Source: Lama guanicoe (taxonomy: Eukaryota). Taken from it: DNA of 64,000 bases. Shown one piece after another: positions 25,180-38,399 of this stretch. Every line of letters begins with the position of its first letter. The first letter of the stretch is position 1. The translations under genes were made by a program, and so were the position numbers. Below the pieces are notes generated by a model. It saw nothing but the letters and a program-made list of their open reading frames with translations. It did not search any database and was not told where the DNA came from. The stretch is from NCBI GenBank assembly GCA_013239625.1, contig MU053513.1:702370-766369 (forward strand), in the 5' to 3' direction.

Positions 25180-26215
25180 ATAAGTAGCGATAATAATAAC
25201 AAAATGAAAAATTGGAAAACTCTGTATTTGGGGGGAAATTTTAAATGTTTTGAATAATTAATTGGTGAAAGAAAAAACAAAATGGAAATTTAAAAAATAG
25301 GACTAAATAAAATAATAATTCTTCATGTGGAAACTTCTAGAATGCTAGAAAACATATTCGATATTAATGAACTAAAGTTAAAACTTGTTGGGAAAAAATA
25401 GCAAAATAAAAATAAGAAGATGGAATGAATAAAAGGATGCAGCAGAAACTAATAAAATAAAATATAACACACAATAAAGCAGAACAAATTCAAAAATTGG
25501 TTCTCTGAACTAGCTGATAAAAATGACAAATGTCTAGTTAGATGAGTAAGAAAAAAAGAGAGGAGGTACATATGCAAATGTAGGAATAAAAATGAAATTA
25601 TAATTATAGACCATTAGTGTTTGAAAATGAAACAGAAACATCTTTTTCTAAAAACTTGAAATTTGAGGTGAAATGGACAAATTTCTAGAAATGTGTATGT
25701 AATAGGCAGTGCAACATGAAAGTTTACAAGTTTGGATTTTGGAATCAGCTTCCTGGGTTCAAATCACGTGACACAATTTTCAACCAGAGTACTCCTGGGA
25801 AAGTGACGGACCTACTTTATTAATATGTAAAGTGAAGGCAGTCCTAGGACTATTTTTCCAAAATAGTTTAAGAATAATTAGAACATGTGATTAGCCTTAT
25901 AACTAACAAAGATAGTAAATCAATAATTTAAATTTTTTTCTAAAATTATCCCCTTTAATATCCTCCTGATAAGGTCCACCAAATGCAAAAAGAAGTAACT
26001 CAAATTTCTACAAATTTGGGGGTTTGTTTTTTAACTAACAGAGAAACAAGAAAGATTCTCCAACTCAAATTATGAGGCTAGCATAAACTTGATACCAAAT
26101 AGCACAAGGTTAGAATGAGAACGGAAAATTACACTCATGGATATAGAGGCAAAAATCCTAAGTGAAACGTTAGCAATCTGATTCAGCAGTATGTAGAAAG
26201 ATAATTCGTCATCAC
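25180..26215 (+). mobile_element. Ancient LINE-1 ORF2 fragment interrupted by a MIR (~25700-25850)
   Basis: aaaaattggttctctgaa, gtgaaatggacaaatttctagaa, ctccaactcaaattatgaggctagcataaacttgatacca; MIR head aggcagtgcaacatg...cctgggttcaaatc in the middle. Confidence 0.8.
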
Positions 26216-26669
26216 TTTAAGGTGTTCCGTATGACAATATTCATTTTAAGGACCTGATTTATCTACCAAAATCCACTAGGAATTATTATTAATTCCATTT
26301 TACAAACTGAAAACCAACGCTGGGAAATCTTGGTACTTGGGCATGGCCACATAACTAAAAAAATAAAGAACTGTCATTCAAAAGACTATGGTATATATTT
26401 ACACTAGGGTTGGTGATTTCGATGTAATTAATTTCTTTACTCACCTTCTCCTTTCCTCACACAAAAACATGCACAATGTTGAATAACTTTAGAAAGATTA
26501 GGGTTTGTTGACTTCACAGTGATTTAGGAGAGGAAGTTTCTGAATCAGAGTGATTGGAATGTGAATACTGGACCTAATAGAGAAGTTAAGTGACTTTATA
26601 AGTAACTTATCTTCATAATGTGTCCAGCTTCAGTAATTCTCTCCTTTTTCTCCTGCATTCTCAGCTTAT

Positions 26670-26930
26670 AGAGAACTGGTTAACAACATATGTTCTGGAG
26701 TCAAACCATTTGGGTTCAAATCATAACTCTGCATTTACTATGTATATAACCTGGGAAAGGAGTTCATCACTGTGTCTCAGTTTTCTTCTATGTAAAACAG
26801 AATCCATTGTAAAACCTTCTTTGAAGGGATGTTGTGAGGATAAATTTAGATAATTCAGATAAATCCATTAGAAAAATATCTGGCAGATTATAAACCATCA
26901 TCGTGATTCTTCATCATTATTATCTGTATC
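26670..26930 (+). mobile_element. MIR SINE
   Basis: ctggagtcaaaccatttgggttcaaatcataactctgcatttacta...ctgtgtctcagttttcttctatgtaaaa...gttgtgaggataaat. Confidence 0.9.
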
Positions 26931-27019
26931 ACGACTACTCCAAGATTATGCCTATTATTTTATTCTAATCTCCCAACATTAAAAACTTACTTCTTGGACA
27001 ACAGTTTTGCTCCACCTAC

Positions 27020-27530
27020 CACCTTATCCCTGTTTTCTTTTTTAGCAGCACTAATAAAGTGTTCTATAAGCTGTCTCTACTTCTGTATGTTTATTCTCAA
27101 AATTTTCAATTTGATCATGTCCTTTCAAGGTTAGCCGTGACCTCTATTTTACTAAATCTAATGATGCTTTTTTGTTCTTGTCTTTTGTAAATTTCTCAGC
27201 AGAATCTGATAAATTGGATTCTTCTTTATTTTTTTGATGATACTGCTCCAATTTCTCTTTCTATTCTACAGCTCTGTATTAAATGTAACTTTTGACACTT
27301 CTAATCAAAGCTGTGCACTTACTCTTCAGCATTGCAATATTATTTCCTAATAAAACTTATGATGTCAGAAATTCTTAATTTACTTCTTTCTTTTTAATTT
27401 CAGTTCTACTAGATTGTAACCCCACAAAAATAAAACCTCATCTATCTCAGTCATTGCTGTATCTCCAATGCATTGAACAGTGCCTAGCATATTATAGGCA
27501 AATATCGATTAAATAAATTGGTAGATTAAA
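27020..27530 (+). mobile_element. LINE-2 fragments including 3' terminus
   Basis: caaggttagccgtgacctctattttactaaatctaatg...actagattgtaacccc...ctgtatctccaatgcattgaacagtgcctagcatatt. Confidence 0.7.
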
Positions 27531-29639
27531 TGATATAACAGTTAAACAGAGGTCTGACACAAAGTAGATGCCTAAGGGATAAGTTTTTTGGTTTTTTTTT
27601 AATCTTTCTAGTTTATGTTCACTTGAGAGTTACTGATGCTTCCTTTAACTGATCCCCTGAGTGGTAGGACTAGACTCCCAAACCTAACCCCAAAATAACC
27701 TTGCAGCAACTTTCTCTCTGCTCTGAACTGCTGTACTTTCATCTTTCTTTTCCCAGTTATTCAGAAAATGCTGCTCTGTTTAGGTCAGCAGCTCTTTCGC
27801 AGGGAAATCTTTCAGCAGAGGAATGGGGTCTCCCCTTATTCTAGCCTTACCCTCCCAGAAATGCGGTGCCTAGAAACACCACCCTTTCACCCTCGCAGAG
27901 CCGCTGCTAGCTTAGGGCCACTCTGCCACGTGTTCCCCCACACTCAGGATATTCTTTTCAAAGGATCCATTGTTTCTCCCACCAGTCTCATTTCTTTTAG
28001 TGACATCCATTCCCTCATATAGGTTCATACTTATTAAAACTGTAGCAATGGACATATTCAAATTCTTTTCCACAAAATTTCAAAGAACCATGTAAATTTA
28101 AGAGGATGGCCAGGCATGGGTTCCGTGAACATTCTGTGTCAGGTAAAGAATCCTCACACCACTCTGCAGTAGTTAGGTTTGTCCCCTAGAGAACACTCAG
28201 AGGTGACCTTGCTTAGCTCCTCCTCACACTGGCCTACGGGGCTCTCAGCTCTGACTCCCAAAAAAGTGTTACAGCAAGACCCTAGCAATGTCAAAAAGCA
28301 GTCAATACAGCCACACACTCAATCATTTTTATAAGAAGTAAAACTGTTTTAAGAGATTAAATTGACCATTTGTTTGAATTAACTGATCAACTAAGAACCA
28401 ACCATCAGATGACCTGAACTGCACACTTACACAAAACACTATAATTTTCAAATCACTGTTACATACATTATTTCATTTAATTTAGTGTTATGATAAAGTT
28501 AGAACTACCCAAAGCTATTATCACTAGAAATGACCTAAGTTGTCATCTACTCCAATTTCTTTATTCCTATAATAATGATGGTGATAATGACACAGCATTA
28601 CTGATTTGAGTTATCTTATCCCTTTGTAGGAAAATTAATATATTTTTAAAATTAACTTTAAAATTGACTTGGATCAGCCAGTGTTCTTCTGTCTCAGTAA
28701 TATTGCAATCCATGTCAATCATTCTAGACACATGATATCCTATCCTATTTGGGAGTAGATTTTTAAATTATATTCTCAGAATATTGTTTAAATTAAATAT
28801 GGGATTAAATTAAAATATGAAGATGCAGTAACATATTGGCAGTCATCATCCATGTATTATCTTCTATTTGAATTCATGGCAAATGCACAGAACTTGCACT
28901 ATATTCTGCAAACTCAGATAAAAAGCTTGACATGTGCAAAACATCAAATCTAACAATGTCAGTTACTGAGACCGTCTTTGGATGTCTGTTCTTTTTCATG
29001 TCAGTTTCTGTCCAGATACTAGGTCAGAAGCTTCATAAGGTAATCATCATCAAAAGAACTCTATTAATTTTTTTCCTGGTAATTTCTTACACGGTTTTAT
29101 GGAATCTGCTCAGAAGAATAAAAAAATTAGAAAATTACAAGAAGTATTGTCATAAAAAAAAATTGCCTATCCATAAAAAAGGAAATTTAAATTTCAGTTG
29201 GAAATCAGTACCTGGGCGACGACAGTTATCTAAAACTAAAATGCTATGGCAAATTGTCATGGACTGTATGACCGCCACCTCCTTGCGGTGAATCTTTCTA
29301 TGCCAAACAGACCTTTTCTGGGAACTCCTGAGAGGAAAACAGGCTGGAATCTGTGTGCTTGATTGTTTCCATGATTGTTTTGAGGGGATGGGGCTTTGCT
29401 TAGGGTAGGTTTCATATTTTAAGCGACTTCCAGGAAATTGTTATTTTGTTGCGTCATTGATGTTAGGGTTGCAAGAGTCCGGAAGAAATCATCTGCTCCA
29501 TCTGATTGTTCTCGCCCAGGTAATAAATTATAATACCACTTTATGGATGAAGAAGTCGAGCTTCTGAGAGCTCAAGTGCTTTGAAAGAAATTACACAGTT
29601 CGTTCAACTAGAAACAGGCACTTCTGTTACAGCGCTCAG

Positions 29640-29805
29640 TGCCCTGTCATAATTGCCTGTTTAGTTCTTATTTATTGGTCCCACTCAAAACACTCTAAGC
29701 ACAAAAACAGTACACATATAGACATCACATGTATGACTTTTGAATCACCAGCTCCCAGTATCCCGCTTGGCACATAGTAGAAGTTCAACAAATGTTATTG
29801 GAAAA
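29640..29805 (+). mobile_element. LINE-2 3' terminus, with a MIR-like fragment immediately upstream (~29500-29620)
   Basis: ccagtatcccgcttggcacatagtagaagttcaacaaatgttattg. Confidence 0.6.
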
Positions 29806-31937
29806 AAAAAAGTAATAAACAGTGGAATAGTAGTTCCAATATTTACCATGAAACAATACTCCTGTGTGGGCAGAAAAAGTCATTTATTTTAGTTGGAAAT
29901 CATGAATGACACATCCTATTTGCATTTAGTAGCATCACAAAATCAGATAAATTTTAGCCCAGAAGGGGGTCATAGTGTACCCCCCCAAAAGAAATATAAA
30001 GCTAAATCTGATTTTTTACATTCTTCAAACTATAAAATTCAGTATGAAAATCGAAACAAATAGATAGGCATCAATGCTTATTTTATAGCGTTCAGTGGAG
30101 CCCAGATAAGGCTTTATTTCTTGGGCTTGTTGATACCATTTAAGAATAGAATCTAACAGAACATTTTATAACCTCTTCCGGAAATGTTCTATTTCCCTTT
30201 CTCTCATGAGAGGAGTTTCTTTCGAAGCCAGAGTACTCAATATAATTCACATGGAAAATTAACTTCAAAAGCATCGTGCTTTCCCACTATCATCATTATT
30301 AAAGGCCTCCAGGTGCTCAGTCCTCAACCTCTTTCAGGCAGAAAATTGTTCAGGTCTTTTTGACAGATTTAGAAACAGAGAACCAATAAATCCTTCTATA
30401 ACCTCAAAGACCCATCTGTCAGTTGCATACTGACAGGTCTTTGTTTTGTTTTGTTTTGTTTTGTGCTGCTTTGCTCTCCTTTATCCTGAGGGCACTAATG
30501 GCTGCTAATAATTGGGACATAAAGATAATCAAAGAAGAGACACAAACAGCATTATATATTAGAGAATACGATCAGACTGCCCTAAGCATCATTTTTTCTC
30601 ATCACCCATGAACATGCATGGGTTTACATAATATTTTTCTTTCAAATACAACTGTCAGAAAATATCAGACCAAATTGCTATTATTTTCTATTCAGGTGGT
30701 CACTAATTTGGCCAGAGAAGAATGCAAGCATTGTTTCGAAAGAGTAACTTTCTGGTAGAAATTATCTCTTCTTTTAACATGCACTTATTTACCAGAGCTC
30801 TATTATTACATTAAATATCTCTTGGGTTTTGAATGATCATTTATCAGATAAACATTGTAGTGATTTTGTCTTTCAGTCAACTGGAAATTCATTCGTATTC
30901 ATAAACTTATTGTTCTGTCAGGTATATTCATTCTAAAAAAAAAAAAAGGAATGGAAAGGGGACAAGAAAAGAGAAAGAGAGAGAGATGTCACTCCCTGAA
31001 ACATTTTATTCGGATGCACAGGTGATCAGGTTGTTCGTAAATTTCTTTCTCTGTTGTATGATTCACAAAACGAGCTTCCTGTATTATTCTATTCTTATAA
31101 TTCAGAAAAACCCCATCTTCAGACGGGGCTAACGACCTGAAACTTCCAGAGGAAAACCTTGAATAAGTTTTAGTTTTGAAGACAATATATAAAGTTTGCA
31201 TATATTTGGTGAAAATTGCACAGCAATTTAGCTGTCTTCTCAAAACATCTGAGGAAAAATATTGAAAAATAATAATAGAGGCTTGATATTTGATTTCACA
31301 ATGGTTGGCAGTTTTCCCCTTTTAATTTAAATAAGATGCAAGTATTGTGAGACATTGCCAGGGTTCTACTCTGCTGCTGTAGCTGATCTGAGGGTGCATT
31401 CTTATGCTCAAAGGCAAAATAGACTTTAAAGAGATTTCTCTTCTTCATTAAAGACAGTTTTAATAGCCTCAATGGAGTAAAACCATTTTTTTAAAATCTG
31501 TCTTATTTGGGATTTCTCATTTGACGTTAACCTAGAGCAAACCAACTAAATGAGAAGCTAAACTGGTTTTGGGGTTTCTGCTATGAAGCATCTTTTCTGG
31601 AAAGGCCATAATATCCCAACGCTGTCAGTCCCAATGCTCACCTTTGTGCAATCAGCTGCCTGCTTGTCCTTTAGAGAAGTCACCATGAATAGTGATAAGA
31701 ATCTGTGTATCTGGCTACATCTAACTCTTTCAGGGATCAAATTCTGATGTCAAAGTGGATAAAGATGCAGTGGCCTAGGATGAATCTTCCCCAGTAGAGA
31801 AATTCTGCCTGTGACATGTGCTCTTTACCACACAGTGACTAGTAAATAAATCATATCTTCTCTCTCGGGGCATCTGATGATGACACAGAGACAAAGACAA
31901 TGAAGTGGTTTGGAAGCCAAAAGTCTTTTGGAGTGAG

Positions 31938-32340
31938 TATTATCAGTTTGGATGCTTTCTGAGTGCAGCTAATAACATTCTGTCCTAAACTTCACTGAAT
32001 AAAAAGGAAATTAAATTTTCTCACATAAGACATCCAGAAATAGGTGTGGTCTAGCGCACAGACTCCTGCTCCATTTTCCAATGAGCCGTGTTCTATTCAT
32101 GCCTTTGTTCTCAGACTGGAAGCAAAATGTCTGCAGTGGTTTAACAGGTAAACTCCAAGGCCAGCAAGACCTGGGAAAAGAAGATAGACCATTTCTTCTC
32201 CAGCTCCCCTGGCTTCAGTGCAAGAAAACCTTTCCAGAATCCCTCCAAAAGACTTACCCTCCTGGCTCATTCATTTGTGTTTTGTCAAATACCCCTCATA
32301 GCTGAGTCATTAGCAAAGGGAATAGGATTACCCTGAGTTA
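31938..32340 (-). mobile_element. Ancient ERVL-MaLR LTR (MLT1J-like)
   Basis: tatcagtttggatgctttctgagtgcagctaataaca...tctcacataagacatccagaaatagg...gaaaacctttccagaatccctcca...agcaaagggaataggattacc. Confidence 0.65.
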
Positions 32341-32379
32341 CCCAGTTTGGACGATTCCTTTGGAGAAAATAGCATTTAG

Positions 32380-32704
32380 GCCGAGGTGATTATCATATCC
32401 TAGCAGCCTATTGAACAAACCAAAACCTCAGCCAATAAATGCCTCAAAGCTAAGAACTTGCAATCTAAGGTCAACTAATCAAAAGCAGCCAACTAGGGTT
32501 TCGCCAGTAATGCCACATCTTAAGCAATAACCAGTCAAATCTCTTCCTTGCTCTGCTTCGGCCTCTTCTCCGTAAGAGTCTTTTCTCAGTTCCTGATGGA
32601 AAAGTGCTTCTATTCACTTCCAATTTGACGCTGCTTGATTTCAACCTATTTTTGTTTAAGCAAACTCTTCAAAGTGTTAACATGCTTCAGTTTATCTTAT
32701 AACA
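32380..32704 (+). mobile_element. ERV1-class LTR fragment (MER34-like)
   Basis: Ends caaactcttcaaagtgttaacatgcttcagtttatcttataaca, resembling MER34-family 3' termini; internal aaccagtcaaatctcttccttgctctgcttc. Confidence 0.6.
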
Positions 32705-32729
32705 GTATCAACATGTAACATCTCATGAA

Positions 32730-33260
32730 ACATGAGTAATTTCTCATTTTGCTGGAGTTGAAGGTTGGGAAAGGAAACAGTTAAAATGTACAGTAACATT
32801 ATATTGCAGATAGTGAATGCCATTGTATAGAGTAATAAATTATTCTATTGTGAATCGAAAGCTATTGAAGAGATTTTTGAGGGAAATTATTATATTCGTA
32901 TTCTTAGTGTATCGTATCATCTTGATGGCCTGTGAAAGATGACTTGAAGAAAGAAATGAAGGAAAGATGTTAATAGGTTATTGCAGTTATTCAGGTCAGA
33001 GATAACAGGAGAACGAGGTAGGACGGCAGTATGAGAGATGGAAAAATGAGGAAGAGTTAAGATAGGCTGCGGAGGTAAAGCTGGTCAAGACTTGGCAATT
33101 GCTAAACCTGAGGGGAAAACCCAAGCAAATTTCTGATTCTTATCTTGGCAACTGGCTTTTTAGTGCTGTACTAAAAGTAGTAGAAAGTACAGAAGAATGA
33201 TTTATGGACCTGAGATTGGGGAAGAAATGATTAGTATAGTCTGAGAAAGTTGATTCTGTA
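32730..33260 (-). mobile_element. LINE-2 fragment
   Basis: gctattgaagagatttttgag...gttaataggttattgcagttattcaggtcagagataa...gaggtaaagctggtcaagacttggcaattg. Confidence 0.75.
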
Positions 33261-33439
33261 GTTTATTTTTAAAACATACATGGTGTCTATCATTTCCATC
33301 TATGTTTTAAAAGTAAATCTATCATTTATTCAAAATATCTGAACTTTTCTGTATTAAAATCATGTAATGGAATTTTACTTCATGTACCATACTAGGCCTT
33401 ATTTGTAAAAAATATGATTTACTTTATGATAAGTTCAAA

Positions 33440-34580
33440 CATAGGAATTACTTATGAATATTCAGCAAAATATGTAAAATATAGACACACATTGAAAATG
33501 AAAGAGCTATATTGTGTTCATAAATTGGAAAACTCAGTATTGCTAAATGTCAATTCTCTGCAACTTGAGCTATAGATTCAACACAATCCTCTTCAAAATT
33601 GCAGTATGATTTTTTTCAAATACAAATTGACAAGCTGAATCTAAAATATATATCAAAATGCAAATGATCTAGAATAGCCAAACCAACTTTTAAAAGAAAG
33701 AAATATGGTAGAGACACTATCATATTTCAATATTTGCTCTCTGTCTACATATGTTAGACTCTGGTATTAGAAAATAGAATACACAAAGAAATTCATTGAA
33801 TAGAACAGAGTCCAGGAATAGATCTACATTTGTGTGGTCAATTATTGACTCAAAATACATCATAAACCTAACAATAAAAACAAAAATTATAAAACTTCTA
33901 AAAGAAAAATTTTGCAATCTTAGTGTACATTGATATTTCTTAGGATACAGCATAAATAATAAAAATGATTAAATGGATTTTCTGAAAGTTAAATTTTTTT
34001 TATTTTATTTTTTATTGTAGTGTAGTTGATTTACAATGTCACTTTCAGGTGTACAGCAAAGCAATTCAGTTATACATATAACATATATATGTATTTTCAT
34101 ATTCTTTTCCATTATAGCTTATTATAAGAAATTGAATATAGTTGCCTGAGCTATACAGAAGGTCCTTGTTGTTTATCTGTTTTCTATATGGTAATGTATA
34201 TCTGCTAAATGTCAAATCTCTCAAATTTTAGCTATTCTAACAAGTTATAACCACACTGTAATTTTATTTTCTTAATGAATAATGATGTTGAACATTTTTT
34301 CATGGGCTTCTTGACCATTCACATGTTTTGTCTTATGAAATGTTTGTCTAACATATGCCTATTTTTATTTAGTTAAAATCAGGAGTTTGGGATAAAAAAT
34401 TTTTCTTTCTTTTAGAAGATATTTTTAAGGAAATGGACGGCAAGCCACAAAATGGGGAATATATTTTTAACATATATATATATATCTTTAAAAGGGCTTG
34501 CATTGAGTATATAAATATTTATAATGCAATAATTAGAAGTCAAATATATGTTACTCTGAAGAAAAAGATTGGAGTGAATG
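33440..34580 (+). mobile_element. Ancient LINE-1 ORF2 3' fragments, interrupted by antisense L1 pieces at ~33995-34370
   Basis: ggaaaactcagtattgctaaatgtcaattctc...ctatagattcaacacaatcc...aaattgacaagctgaatctaaaat...agaatagccaaaccaactt. Confidence 0.8.
33995..34208 (-). mobile_element. Younger 5'-truncated LINE-1 3' terminus
   Basis: T-rich tail, then attgtagtgtagttgatttacaatgtcactttcaggtgtacagcaaagcaattcagttatacatata. Confidence 0.85.
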
Positions 34581-36302
34581 TTTAATGGGGCAATTAATCA
34601 TATTTATGTTATTACTTGTTTGTTTTTAATAGACTTCATATCCATTTAACTTTATTTTCCATGTAAGTCTATTGTATCATTTTTAAAGGGCATTCCCAAA
34701 TAGTGCTTCCAGAACTAACACGTGCCTTTCCTTGCTTTTTTTTCTTAAGAGTAAGCTCTGGACATATGCCCACACCCCTTGGGTCTTGTTTTTATTAAGG
34801 TGTTATTAATCCTGGCTGTTCAGAGAACTGAACAGCAACGCCCAAATAGCCTTCATCATTTTTCCCAAGAGGGTTTATAGGATATTTTTATGCAAATAGG
34901 ATTCCATGTACCCTTCTCTCTGTAACATTGTGTTTACTCATAAGAACTATATCCCTTTCCTCTCCCAAGTTATAAAATTAGAGCTACATTCAACATAGTA
35001 AACCATGGAAATTCCCAGGTGCCAAAGAAAGAAAACAGGGTGCTGTAGGTCTGAGGCAAAAGCAATGGTTTGGTCCACACATGTAAAACTACAGTTAGAT
35101 CATAGGAATTTGATTTTACCAATCATACAATTACGGGATGTTAGAATTGGAAAGAAACATGTTGGGCCCAATCTGATTAAAACTGTGTCTCCATGGTCCT
35201 AAATATACTTTGCTTGTTAGTTACCAAACATTAGCAGATACTAGACATTTTACTTCTAAGCTTCAATGTATATTCTTGTCTGAATTTCACAGTAAGACCC
35301 AAGTTTTCAAATGTTAAGGAAAGAATAGTTTTAAGTTTTCTATTGCGCTTCAGAAATAATTATTTTTATAAACCGTTTTGGACATGTGAACCTCTGAAAT
35401 TCTTCCAAAGTCCTTAATAATATTGACACATATGCCAAAATGCAAATAGACATTCTGTCTAAAACTAAAAGGGGGAAAAATTTAAGAATGTTAAACTATA
35501 ATAAAAATATTTAAACTCAAAAAACATTGATTTTATCACAAAAGTTTAAACAATTTATCCACCATTGTAAAAAAGCTATTTTTGGACTTATTCCTATATT
35601 CTAATAGAAACAAAATAGATAAATTGGTCAGATTGTAAATCCACATTAGAAGGAATAACTCCTATATATGGGTGGTAATATACATGTATAAATTCCAACT
35701 GAATGATTAATTATGTCTAAGAATGAATGAAAAGACATTTAGTGTTCAGTACTGGCTTTTGATAATCTTTAAAATGACGTCTTAATCTTAAACCTCAGAG
35801 GAAGATTCCTATTTCTTTGTTCTGAATCCATAGTGGTTCCTGAGAAGAGTATCACCAACTAGTATTTAGATTCACTTCTCAGAATAATGTCAGGTTTTGA
35901 TACTATTCATCTCTGTTTAATAAAAAATTGCATTTAATTATTCTTCATTTAAATCTTTGACCACCAAGTTCTAGCCAAGTGCCTGACACAAATGTTTAGT
36001 GACACAATAAATGTCTAATGAAATATTGAATGATTAAAGAGAATTTTTTAACTGGAAGTCCCTAATGCCTAAAATATTCTCTGATGTACTTTAAGCATTA
36101 TCAGTAGTTATATTAGCTTTATAGAACTTAGAACAACATGAAATGAAAAGAACTTTTAAAAAAAAGTCCTACTTGCCTGAAAAAGTCAATGGAGTGTAAG
36201 TTTCCATTGTCAAAAATGCAAGGATGCCGAGTTAACCTATTAATCTACACAAATTACCTTTTCACCCTTCCTGTGAGATAAACACAGTAACAATATTGAT
36301 GA

Positions 36303-36806
36303 TGCTGGGAAGGGGAAAAATTTCCCCCTATCCTTCTTAAGTTCTTTTGGCTGGTCTAATAATTAAATGGACACATTACAAATTAACAGGAGAAAAAGCA
36401 AATTTAATTTCATATGGACAGAGTTCTCATAGACATGGGACATTAAGAAATGACTAAAGAGACAGCTTTTACACTTTTTAGACAACAAAATAATACATTT
36501 GTGAGGAATAGACAAGACAAAGAAATTTAAGCTTGAGTGCTTAATGAAGAATCTAAACAGAGTTTGGGCCTGGGGTGGTAAATTAGTAAAGAAGTAGCAA
36601 GGTTTGCTTATACAGATTTATGGGCCCTGAATTCCCTCTCTCTGCCTCCTGGAGATGGGAAGTTACCTTTCATGTGAAAGATTTATTTCCTGCTTTCAGA
36701 AGAGGGTCAGTGTTCTTGCACTGACTGTTTCTTAAGTAACTTTAATTCAAAATAATCAATATATTATTATGGTATATTTTAGGGTGCCTCTGTCTGAGCC
36801 CCAACA
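36303..36806 (-). mobile_element. ERV1-class solo LTR
   Basis: TG...CA ends (tgctgggaagggg...ctgagccccaaca); colinear with the element at 38400-39015. Confidence 0.75.
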
Positions 36807-38399
36807 ATATTAAAAATATTGTTAAGCAGTTACACTCTATAATTTGTCTACATTCCCAAATATCCAGATAATCTGAATGCAAGTAGATGACTATTTTACT
36901 TTGCGTTTACAATGATAAGCTTTTTACAAATATCCACTGAAAGAGATTTAATTTAGCGGGGGTTAGGAAAGGGGAAATTGTTAAATCTTCAGTTTATGAA
37001 TTGCTAATCCCTTCTATGGAAGAATCAGCACAATTTTTATCAGAAGTTTTTAAAGAATTAAATCATAAGGGGCAAGGTTTTCATTATCTCCTTTTCAATA
37101 TTCAAAATGAAGAAGTGATTTATAAATTTTATTGCTGAAACGTTAACTACATTTAAAAAAATATCTTTCTGAAAGGTGAATCAGGTGACTGATAAGAACT
37201 TGAGCCTTTCCATAAAGAATATACTTTAAATTAGGGCTTAGATTTATCTACAGTATAGCTTTTATATAGAAATGCAAATTTGTAGATTACTTAAATCTTG
37301 TTGAATTAATATGAGTGTAAGACTGTTTCTCTCTCTGGGTATATTTAAATGTGTCAACTTCATGTAAATGTCCATCTTGTTTTTTATTTTCAATGGTAGA
37401 ATGGAGAAATATAGCATTTTACAAATCAACAAATCTCCAAAATAATCATTATTGGAAAGAAATCTGGCATAATATTAATAAAGTAAGATGTCTACACACT
37501 ACATAAAATGACATTGGCTGTGGTTAAATGTCACCTTTACTTTTGTAGGCAACAGAGTCTAAAAATAGGAGTTAGAGATGTTCATAAATTCATCTGCTGA
37601 ATATACAAATATAATTGAGAAAATCATTCAGGTACATTCCACGAAAACCTTCTGAGCTTTAATCATACTTGGATAATGTAAAATTTGTCACAGAGTTTAT
37701 GAAGTGAGATTGTGATTTAATTTGAAAACATGTCGTGAGAGTCTTGTATAAGATGATCACTGATTCAGGCCCTGAAGACTCATAACCAAAGACACTCCTC
37801 TGCAAGTTTGCCTAGGTGCATGCTGAATGCTAAATTCATCCTGTCCCTAGGTTTCTTGCTTAAAGACTTGTATGGTTTTTCAGTTCCTCCTTCAACTCTG
37901 TGAGTTGTGCAATTTTCTTCTAATAAGTTACACTTTTCGCTTGCTATCTTAAAATTTAAATTTGTTTCCAATGGCAACCAAGTAAACGTTACAGATATCA
38001 AATTAGTAGCAAGAGTAGGTTATGGGCAACATAACCTTGGAAAAGTGAAGTATTTGGAATTGGTTATTGGGTTGAAATGAACCAAAAGACTGAAATTTTG
38101 GCTTATGTCCTATTACTTTCTTTGTTCACCTGAAGCCGTATATTAAATATTAAGGTCCTGGTGTCAGTTTTTGGATTAGAATCCTTCATTTGCTATTACC
38201 AGAGATACATTATTTTAAGCTGCAATTAATTGGAAGGAAATAGTATAATTCACAGAATTAAGGGGGCTGGGCATTGACCAGTTAGACTGGAGAAGGGCCG
38301 GGGTCCAGCATGCTATCTTCACCAAGTAATCATTCTTTTTGCTATGTACCTCTTGCTTGATGTTAGGAATTTTTGGAGGCTGAATGTTGGATAAGAAGA

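Noticed and set aside
28932..29291. 119-aa ATG-initiated ORF
   Set aside because: K/I/F-rich composition reflects AT-rich DNA; no recognisable homology or supporting gene structure.
30696..30921. Two short plus-strand AG...GT segments (about 48 and 45 nt)
   Set aside because: Donors (gtaact, gtatat) are weak and the peptides are unrecognised; likely pseudo-exons.
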